DNA from: a virus
Lineage: Duplodnaviria; Caudoviricetes
Length of the DNA stretch: 55,124 nucleotides
Reading direction: 5' to 3' (one strand)
IMG/VR virus record: IMGVR_UViG_3300027747_003429
Span: 1-55,124 of that record
The notes beneath the pieces were generated by a model. That model was not told the origin of the DNA. It did not search any database and saw only the letters and a list, made by a program, of their open reading frames with translations. Positions 44,882 to 52,694 of this stretch are shown one piece after another. Position 1 is the first letter of the stretch, and each line of letters opens with the position of its first letter. The position numbers and the translations under genes are program-made.

Positions 44882-46177
44882 TCAAAGAACGAACCAATAA
44901 GTGCTTCCATCCGATACTAGTGTTACGGATTGATATGGGCCGTTTAATTCATAAAATAGTGCTCCATCAACAGAGCCAGATATTGTAACTGTGTTAACGG
45001 ATGTATCTATTTTTTTAACAACTAATTGTCTACCAGCATTTCCAGCCGCAACTGTTGGTAAAGTCACGGTCAATGGAGCACTTGAAGCGTCTGCGAAAAC
45101 GACTTGATCTAAACCGTTAACAACATAACTACCAGTTGTAGTGATTTGTGCGACAGTAAATGAACCAGCTGCTTTAAAGCTGTTGCTAGCTAATATATTG
45201 CTACCAGTAATTGCCGATGAACTTAAATTAGTTAGGCCAGAAACTGATGCGCTTAATGAGATGGTTGCTGTTGGACCAGAACCACCTGACACACCAATAT
45301 TATCACCAGCATTTATTTGTGTTACGGCAGTTGTCAAAGCTGATGAAGAAATAACACCAGTTGATGGGTTATAACTTACTGAACCGGTTGCTGATAATTG
45401 ATTTCTTACATCTGCTGAGAAAGTTGAGAAGTTAGAAGCAGTTAGACCAGTTATACCAGCACCACTACCACTAAATACTGAACCGGTTACACCACCAACC
45501 GTATAAATACCTGGGAATACAACTATTTTATCAACAACTGAACCTGAATTTGCTTCATAACGAATATAAGCAGCATTCGGATTTGCTGCGAGACTTGCTG
45601 TTCCATAAATAAGAACACTACCACTAAATTCAGCAGCACTGGCACTTAATGTAGCAGCTTTCAATAAGCTTGCGCTAATATTGCTTGCTGTTAGATTGGT
45701 TAAACCGCCAGTAATTGAACTGGTAAGAACGACTGTTACAGCGCCAGTTGATGCGCTAGCTGATAAATTTGCTCCTGCCGTTAAAGAAGTTACAGCAAAA
45801 CCACTTAAATTTAGACCAGTTATCTGTGAACCGTCACCAGAGAAAGAACCAGTAAATGTTGTTCCACTAACATTACCAACTATACTTAATGGACCTGTTA
45901 ATGAATGAGATGAACCTGAAATATTTACCGAACCGGTAAATTGGTGAACATCCATTGCTAGGCCGGGACCACCATTGTCGCCAAATCTTGTTGAACCGCT
46001 GTGATAAATAACGGATGATGAAACAATTGTTTCACTTATTGTTAATACACTAGCAGAAATTGCGCCTTGAACACTTAAATCACCGCCTACTTTTGTAGAG
46101 CCAGTAATTTCAACAGAGGAGCCACTTAATGAAAGTATGTTTCCTTGTTTTACTTTAACGTTTGCTATATTAGCCAT
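44882..46177 (-). CDS. Tail fibre protein
   Basis: SGSTRFG...HQFTGS, DVRNQ modules; C-terminal VTLP...GRQLVVKKID...LNGPYQSVTL.SDG..W domain. Confidence 0.65.
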   Translation of the reverse strand: MANIANVKVKQGNILSLSGSSVEITGSTKVGGDLSVQGAISASVLTISETIVSSSVIYHSGSTRFGDNGGPGLAMDVHQFTGSVNISGSSHSLTGPLSIVGNVSGTTFTGSFSGDGSQITGLNLSGFAVTSLTAGANLSASASTGAVTVVLTSSITGGLTNLTASNISASLLKAATLSASAAEFSGSVLIYGTASLAANPNAAYIRYEANSGSVVDKIVVFPGIYTVGGVTGSVFSGSGAGITGLTASNFSTFSADVRNQLSATGSVSYNPSTGVISSSALTTAVTQINAGDNIGVSGGSGPTATISLSASVSGLTNLSSSAITGSNILASNSFKAAGSFTVAQITTTGSYVVNGLDQVVFADASSAPLTVTLPTVAAGNAGRQLVVKKIDTSVNTVTISGSVDGALFYELNGPYQSVTLVSDGSTYWFVL

Positions 46178-46196
46178 TTTAAACCACCCCTATAAT

Positions 46197-47156
46197 TTAG
46201 AATACGTACCAATCTGTTCCATCATGAATTAAGGTAATTGACTGATAAGGACCATTTAATTCATACGATGAAGCACCGTTAATTAAATTTGGTGAACTAC
46301 CAGATACAACCACAGAACCACTAACTGAATCAGCTTTAATAACATAGTATTCTCTTGAATCAGCCAATGAAGCACTTGGTAAAGTAATAGATATTGACGA
46401 ACTAGCGCTATTTTTAGCGAATACGGCTCTTTGTGTCGTCAACAAAGAAACAGAAGAACTAACAATTAATTTTGGTAGATCTACGGAAGAAGTTGGTAAG
46501 CCTAAATAATTTGAAGCCGAAATGGTTCCTGTTACATCTAAATTGCCAGATATAACTGTGCTACCAGATACTTTTAGTCCTGGAAATATTACTATTTTAT
46601 CGCTACCAGAATCATAGACAACATATGCTAGATCCGGATTCGATGATAGACTGGCAGAACCATATATTAAAATATCGCCACTTATTACAGCATTAGCACC
46701 AGAAATTTGTGTGCCAGATAGAATATTGGCTGTAACAGAATTTAGTGTTATATCGTCTTTTAGTGTTACTGGATTTAAGACTGTTCCGCTTCCTGTAATA
46801 TTGCCAGAAGTGAATGTTTCCGAACTGCTTGTAAGACTTCCTGTTACAGATATTACGCCGCCTGAAATACCAATATTTGTTCCAGCAGTAAATTGAGCTC
46901 TTACATCGTTAGTAAATCCTGTAATCTGTGAAGCAGTTAAATTAGTTAATTGTGAGCCATTACCAATAAAATTACCACTAACAGAAGCGGTTAAACTAGT
47001 GACACTTAATCTGTTAAATGTTGAACCAGTTATGAAATCCAGCAACTGACCAGCTGTTGCTCTTTGAGTGGTTAAACTACCACTATCAACAATAGGAACT
47101 AAATCGTCCGAGGTTACAGATGTTGCTGCTGGTAGTTGTGAGATCTTAACTGACAT
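46197..47156 (-). CDS. Tail fibre protein
   Basis: KISQLPAA N-terminus; FTNDVRAQF; C-terminus paralogous to 44882..46177 (YELNGPYQS). Confidence 0.65.
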   Translation of the reverse strand: MSVKISQLPAATSVTSDDLVPIVDSGSLTTQRATAGQLLDFITGSTFNRLSVTSLTASVSGNFIGNGSQLTNLTASQITGFTNDVRAQFTAGTNIGISGGVISVTGSLTSSSETFTSGNITGSGTVLNPVTLKDDITLNSVTANILSGTQISGANAVISGDILIYGSASLSSNPDLAYVVYDSGSDKIVIFPGLKVSGSTVISGNLDVTGTISASNYLGLPTSSVDLPKLIVSSSVSLLTTQRAVFAKNSASSSISITLPSASLADSREYYVIKADSVSGSVVVSGSSPNLINGASSYELNGPYQSITLIHDGTDWYVF

Positions 47157-47178
47157 TTACATTGTTTCCTCTATTCTT

Positions 47179-47188
47179 AATAAGTAGT
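47179..47188 (-). promoter_or_regulatory. Late promoter motif ACTACTTATT
   Basis: Recurrent motif upstream of a fibre gene. Confidence 0.55.
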
Positions 47189-47212
47189 AAAGTATATTTT
47201 AAAGTGGCTTTA

Positions 47213-49144
47213 TCAAGTCAATAATGATGATATAACGACCCAACGTGTTTGAGCACCTAGTGTCTGTGCGCAGACCTGAACACTAGTAAACTTACCTGCT
47301 GTATTAGTGTCAAAACTCAAACTTCCGGTGTCGGCACCCTTATAATTCATAGAACCAGTAACACTGAAAGTTGTTTTATTTACAGACGTAATCGTGTAGA
47401 TTCTGCCTTCTAGTTCAGCGGTGATAGTTGGTAGTGCTATAACGATTCCAGCACCTGCTGGTATAACATTAATAAAGCAATCATCTACGGAAGCGGTCTT
47501 GCTGGTAGTATATGTCTGTACGTTAGCAGCGAATGAGCCCTTTACAGTAAACGTAGAACCATTGGCTCCTGCTGATGCTTGATTTACTGCGACTTTATTA
47601 TTCGTATTGTCTATATAAAGCAGATTAGAAGCAAAATTTAAAAATGTAGTTACATTGGCAGCAGAAGCATTAAAAGTAATAGAATCTGCCGCAGCATCAC
47701 CAATAACCGTAAGACCTTTGGTTGTTAGGTCTTGAAAAGTTGCCTTGGAACCTGTAAAGTTACTTGCGCTAACGGCACTTGAACTTAAATTAAGATCAAA
47801 TTTACCAACCGATGCGGTAATGCTTGAACCGGTAAAGAATGAAGCACTTATTTGTGAAGAGCTGACACTAGTTAAGCCACTTATCGATTGTGACATGGCT
47901 ATGGAATATGATAAGCCATCTGCCGGTGTTGTGAAACTCATATTAGTTCCAGGAGTTATCTCGGCTTTTATTTTTCCGCTGGTTATAGTAATGCCGGGGC
48001 CATTGCTGAATTGAGCTCTTACGTCGTTGGCAAATCCAGTAAATTGTGAAGCAGTTAAATTAGTTAATTGTGAACCATTACCCTTGAATGAGCCGGTCAA
48101 CGATACATTTGAAGCACTTAATTGGCTTGATGTAATACTTGTTAGACCAATTAAAGACGAACTCAAAGAAACAGAAGCCGTAGCAGATGAGCCGCCTGTA
48201 ACACCAATATTGTTACCAGCTTGTATAACTCTTACGACACCGAGATCATTTTTAGTGCCACCCAAAGAAACCGATGTGCCATTTAGAGTAATTGAACTAT
48301 TTTGTAGCGAAGAATTTGGCACATTGGAAGCACTTATTTCTCCACCATTAATCACAATACCGGTGCCAGCACTGAATTGGCTTCTTACATCGTTTTGAAA
48401 ACCAGCCATCTGTGAGGCGGTTAGATTGGTTATTTGTGAACCATTGCCTTTCAAGGCACCGCTCAAAGAACTAGCACTAACACTTGTTAGACCAGTTAGT
48501 GTATCGTTTAAATTAAGAGTAACATCGCCTGCTGTTCCACCGCCATTTAAATTGGTGCCAGCTACAACAGAAGTAATATCACCACCACCAGAACCACTAC
48601 CAACAGAAGAAATTACACCATTGACAATTGATATGTTTGAGCCAGCTGTAAATTGCGCTCGCACATCTGTTGTGAAATTCGATAATTGTGAAGCAGTTAA
48701 ATTAGTTAATTGTGAACCGTCGCCAGCAAACGAGCCAGTAAAGGAGCCAGTAAAACCACTGCTAGAAACACTGGTTAAGCCTGTGATTGTATCTTTTAAT
48801 GAAATAGCTGGAATTGGGCCTGCTTCATCGGCAATATCAATATTTTCACTACCAGTAATACTTGTTATATTGGAAGCGGCAGTAGATGAAATAACACCAT
48901 CACTGATTGAAATATTTGTGCCAGCAGTAAATTGATCTCTTACAGATCCTGTGAAATCTGTGAAATTGGTTGCTGGGTCTACAATAAGATTTGGAATTGA
49001 GGTTATTGTTTCTGCTGCCAAATCAATTACCTGTCCAAGTGTTGCTTTTTCTGTCTCAACAATTGAAGTTTTTACCATTGGAACAATATCTTCTGTCGAT
49101 ACAGCACCAGCAGCAGGTAGTTGTGAAATTTTAAAATTTGCCAT
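47213..49144 (-). CDS. Tail fibre protein
   Basis: KISQLPAA N-terminus; repeated G(D/N)GSQ(L/I)TNLTASQ...DVR.QF.AG modules. Confidence 0.65.
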   Translation of the reverse strand: MANFKISQLPAAGAVSTEDIVPMVKTSIVETEKATLGQVIDLAAETITSIPNLIVDPATNFTDFTGSVRDQFTAGTNISISDGVISSTAASNITSITGSENIDIADEAGPIPAISLKDTITGLTSVSSSGFTGSFTGSFAGDGSQLTNLTASQLSNFTTDVRAQFTAGSNISIVNGVISSVGSGSGGGDITSVVAGTNLNGGGTAGDVTLNLNDTLTGLTSVSASSLSGALKGNGSQITNLTASQMAGFQNDVRSQFSAGTGIVINGGEISASNVPNSSLQNSSITLNGTSVSLGGTKNDLGVVRVIQAGNNIGVTGGSSATASVSLSSSLIGLTSITSSQLSASNVSLTGSFKGNGSQLTNLTASQFTGFANDVRAQFSNGPGITITSGKIKAEITPGTNMSFTTPADGLSYSIAMSQSISGLTSVSSSQISASFFTGSSITASVGKFDLNLSSSAVSASNFTGSKATFQDLTTKGLTVIGDAAADSITFNASAANVTTFLNFASNLLYIDNTNNKVAVNQASAGANGSTFTVKGSFAANVQTYTTSKTASVDDCFINVIPAGAGIVIALPTITAELEGRIYTITSVNKTTFSVTGSMNYKGADTGSLSFDTNTAGKFTSVQVCAQTLGAQTRWVVISSLLT

Positions 49145-49170
49145 TATAAATCCTCTTCCTTATATATAGT

Positions 49171-49494
49171 TTATTCTGGTGCCATTGCTGTGCCTATTTC
49201 ATCCAAAAGCACTTGTCCGTCTTCTGCCAATAAGAAATTTAAATCTCCGCAGTTTTCGATCAACAAATAGCCATCATTTTCTGTATATATAATGGCTTCT
49301 TCTTCTGTTATTAGCGCACAATCAATTTCCGGTGGAGTTGTTGATATTCCTCTCAGGAAATCAAATAGGACAGCGTTTCCACCATTATCAGTATCGTTAT
49401 TATATGAAATGGAACCAGAATTGGCAAAAAATCTTACCTTTGGGTAAGCCTTTATTTTATTATATATAATATCGCCACTTCCAAACTTTTTCAT
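49171..49494 (-). CDS. Small baseplate/fibre-attachment protein
   Basis: 107 aa; acidic C-terminal LITE..., YLLIE, LLAEDG..LLDE repeats. Confidence 0.5.
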   Translation of the reverse strand: MKKFGSGDIIYNKIKAYPKVRFFANSGSISYNNDTDNGGNAVLFDFLRGISTTPPEIDCALITEEEAIIYTENDGYLLIENCGDLNFLLAEDGQVLLDEIGTAMAPE

Positions 49495-49573
49495 CGATTC
49501 TTATACCTTTATTAAGTATGATCAAAATTTAAATTGTATTCTAAACTGTGGCATTTAATAATTATCAGGAAAA

Positions 49574-50551
49574 CTAAATGTCTAATTTTAATTTGAATGA
49601 AATACTATCTATTTCACGTTTTCTAACAGGAGTTGCCAATTTAGCAATACCAATCAACTCGCCCATTTCATCATAAATGCCTATTTTAGAAATATAGGTC
49701 GTTTTTTCAAATGGTGGCTCAACTTCGTCGTAATTAACTTGAACAATATTTTTTATAACAGCTTCATCATTCTCGATAAAGAAACTTGAACCTGTTGTCT
49801 TTAATTCATTTTGTCCGAATTCTACGAAAGTTGGATTATTTGAATGATTAAATTCACCTTTTTCTGCGTGAGCAAACATCGTGAGAGTCGGTATTTCCTC
49901 TGTGCCATCAAAGCTGAAATCAAAAGATGATGAAGGAACAACATTATCTCCTTCGGAGCCAGTTGTTAGATAGTAATACCATCTTGGTGCGTATTGTGTT
50001 GCCACTTCAAATACGTTAAAGTTATCCGTATATGTATCACTTAAATCCCAAGAACCAGTAAGTAAAACGAAACCTTCTGAATATAGAACAACACCCGCAA
50101 CTTTTCCCTTGTTCGGTCCTGTTGTTTCTATTAATTCACCGTTTCTTCTGTAATCTTGTAACTCGGCCATTAATGTGCCAGTTACATACCATTTACAACT
50201 TACTGTTCCTTTACGAATCGATTTGCCATAAAAAATAGATGGTATACTTATTAATCTTAATTCTTGTGTTCTTTTGTTACCAAGTTCGCTATTAAAAGCG
50301 TAATGTGGACTTAAATATTTATAATAATCTAATGTGTTTTTAAGAGCCAATAAGTGACTTTTTGGATGACCAGAAACCGGTTCACCAGATAACATTATTT
50401 CGCTGCTTAAAGAAGCCGTGAGCGGATAATTAGAACCGGTAATTACATCGCCATATTGAAAGTCGGCATTGAAACTATCAGTATCTATTGTTTTAAAGGA
50501 AGACAAACTTCCGTCTTTTGTTACAAACGGATACACACTAGAAGTAAGCAT
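49574..50551 (-). CDS. Baseplate structural protein
   Basis: C-terminal EFNHSNNPTF...TYISKIGIYD...LIGIAKLATP..K...FKLKLDI; paralogous to the next gene. Confidence 0.6.
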   Translation of the reverse strand: MLTSSVYPFVTKDGSLSSFKTIDTDSFNADFQYGDVITGSNYPLTASLSSEIMLSGEPVSGHPKSHLLALKNTLDYYKYLSPHYAFNSELGNKRTQELRLISIPSIFYGKSIRKGTVSCKWYVTGTLMAELQDYRRNGELIETTGPNKGKVAGVVLYSEGFVLLTGSWDLSDTYTDNFNVFEVATQYAPRWYYYLTTGSEGDNVVPSSSFDFSFDGTEEIPTLTMFAHAEKGEFNHSNNPTFVEFGQNELKTTGSSFFIENDEAVIKNIVQVNYDEVEPPFEKTTYISKIGIYDEMGELIGIAKLATPVRKREIDSISFKLKLDI

Positions 50552-50610
50552 ATTATTCCTTTAACTAGTCTAAATAAGGGTTATTTTTCTCTGTCCATAG
50601 CTAGAAAATT

Positions 50611-50667
50611 AAATCTTCTGTTACAGAACTACATCCATTTAGTGAGTAGTGCCATAACAGAAGATTT
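50611..50667. other. Long intergenic hairpin (possible structured RNA or processing site)
   Basis: 13-bp perfect AAATCTTCTGTTA/TAACAGAAGATTT stem extended by ACTAC/GTAGT. Confidence 0.6.
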
Positions 50668-50709
50668 GTTGAGAGTTAAGGAAGATTTGAGTTTTCCTTC
50701 CTAGTAAAA

Positions 50710-51726
50710 TTAAAAGTCTAAACGGACGCGAAGTATCATCTCATTCGTCGGATCTTTCTTAAGTGGTTCACTTAATTTAGCAACAGCCAACAATTCATTA
50801 GCTGAACTATAAAGACCAACTGTTGTGACATAACTTACAGGCGCATCTGTTGATGTTTCTTTTACTCTGATCTGACTTTCTGAGAGATAAGTTGGATTAG
50901 AACTGTAATTAAATTCGTTATGATTTAAGCGGCAGAAATAAATTGTTGAATTTAATTCTGTTGTATTATTGAAAGAGCAGTTGATCCAATGTTGTCTAAA
51001 AGCATCGCAAATGCCCTGAATTGAACCAGTCTGCATCGTCTGATTGTGATTTAGAGATCCACTAAATGTAGCGCCCGCGTTGCCACCAGCACCAATAATT
51101 CTGGAATCGATAACTGCGATACCTGCTTGATAATACAACAAGCCAGCATAGGAACTGGTGCTATTGTCTCTATAAAGTATGCCGTATTCACCAGATGGTG
51201 AATTTACTCTATAATCATTTTGGGCACCAATATCAGCCAGTGAACCAGTGCCGACACTGGTTGAAAAAATCAAATTAAATGAACCCTTCTTAATTTCATC
51301 TTTTGTCAAGAGTCTTGAAAAATTGATAAATATCAATTCTTTATATTTGTTTCCTGTGTCAACCAGATTACCATCTTTATCGAATTGAAGAATGGAGCCT
51401 GTTATATCGTGACCAACTAGCAATTGTGCCATTTGGTTATATGTCTGGATTTTCTTTGATATATCAGTAACGCCAGAAGCAGATAACGTAGAATCAGGAG
51501 CCATACCGACAGCCAAATCAAATATATGATTTGCCGATGAACTTAAAACAGGATAATCATAAACGCTTTGGAAGCGACCGTGTGAATAATTTTTAATATT
51601 CTTTTCAACACCAGATTCAACATATGTACCAGAAACAATTGTACCAGTTATTGGTATTGCTTCGTGTAATAATGTTCTGGTAGAAACTGCGTCGTCGCTA
51701 TTTAAATTTTTATATATTGTGGCCAT
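50710..51726 (-). CDS. Baseplate structural protein
   Basis: EFNYSSNPTY...YVTTVGLY...LLAVAKLSEPLKK...VRLDF; GAGG SD. Confidence 0.6.
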   Translation of the reverse strand: MATIYKNLNSDDAVSTRTLLHEAIPITGTIVSGTYVESGVEKNIKNYSHGRFQSVYDYPVLSSSANHIFDLAVGMAPDSTLSASGVTDISKKIQTYNQMAQLLVGHDITGSILQFDKDGNLVDTGNKYKELIFINFSRLLTKDEIKKGSFNLIFSTSVGTGSLADIGAQNDYRVNSPSGEYGILYRDNSTSSYAGLLYYQAGIAVIDSRIIGAGGNAGATFSGSLNHNQTMQTGSIQGICDAFRQHWINCSFNNTTELNSTIYFCRLNHNEFNYSSNPTYLSESQIRVKETSTDAPVSYVTTVGLYSSANELLAVAKLSEPLKKDPTNEMILRVRLDF

Positions 51727-51741
51727 CGTTTTTCCTCTTTA

Positions 51742-52647
51742 TCAAGGTGCTATTCTCTTGACGTATCTTACTGGAATATCTATTCTATAACCGGTTGTAG
51801 CGCCAGTTACTCTTACGTTTGTATCTATTATGTTATAACTACCAGATACACTACCTAGTTGTTCAAACAAATAATCACTTGTTTGAAGTTCTAGGGAAGC
51901 AGCTAACTTAAGTTTCAATCTTGTGCCGGCCGGACCACGAATTGAAGACGCACGATCACCGGTGACAGGAGCTGGTGCTATTTGTGACACTTCTGGATTT
52001 TTTTGAATTGATAGCAAATAAGTCGCCATCTGATCATCATCAATGTAAGAACGGTTTAACTCTGATAAATCCCCTTGTCTTAGGAGTGAGCCAAGGCGAT
52101 TATCCATTTCAACAATATAGCTCGTTTCTCTCAATTCGGCACTAATTTCTTGTGTTGGGCTGATTTTTGTCGTATCTAAGCCTTGATCTAAAACGATATT
52201 ATTGTTGCGTGTAGTATCCTTGTTCTGGGTGAAAAATATACCTGAACCACTGAAATATTTTTCAGTTCCTACATCGGCGACTACCAAGAAATAGTGTTGC
52301 TTGTTGTATGATCCGGCGCCGGCGTTGTCCTGTGCGGCTTCGTCGTCGAACAATTTAATGACCGGTAAAAACAAAAGATCGGTTTGAGCGATTGATAATA
52401 AATGTGATTTAAGAGCAGAAGAATTATCAGTACAAGCTTCTAAAACAGGTGTTTGGAGAATATCAAGATCATAATAAGCACTACCACTTGGATGATCTTT
52501 ATTATATGATGAATAATCAATTTCATCATCACCTAGTGCGAATTTGGCTATTTTAAATGAGCCGTCACCTTTTGCTAAACGGTATCTACCAGTATCGGTT
52601 AAAACCGCATCTAATATGATATCACCACTATTATCTAAAAATGCCAT
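51742..52647 (-). CDS. Baseplate/virion structural protein
   Basis: MAFLDNSGDIILDAVLTDTGR..LA.G...I.KFALGDDEIDY N-terminus; AGGAG SD. Confidence 0.6.
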   Translation of the reverse strand: MAFLDNSGDIILDAVLTDTGRYRLAKGDGSFKIAKFALGDDEIDYSSYNKDHPSGSAYYDLDILQTPVLEACTDNSSALKSHLLSIAQTDLLFLPVIKLFDDEAAQDNAGAGSYNKQHYFLVVADVGTEKYFSGSGIFFTQNKDTTRNNNIVLDQGLDTTKISPTQEISAELRETSYIVEMDNRLGSLLRQGDLSELNRSYIDDDQMATYLLSIQKNPEVSQIAPAPVTGDRASSIRGPAGTRLKLKLAASLELQTSDYLFEQLGSVSGSYNIIDTNVRVTGATTGYRIDIPVRYVKRIAP

Positions 52648-52694
52648 CTGTTTTGCTCCTTAATTCTTTTATAAATATACCGCTTATTTTATTT

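Noticed and set aside
32-50704. Numerous plus-strand ORFs of 60-190 aa
   Set aside because: Nearly all are antisense shadows of well-supported minus-strand genes, lack SD signals and recognisable motifs, and reflect codon bias of the coding strand.
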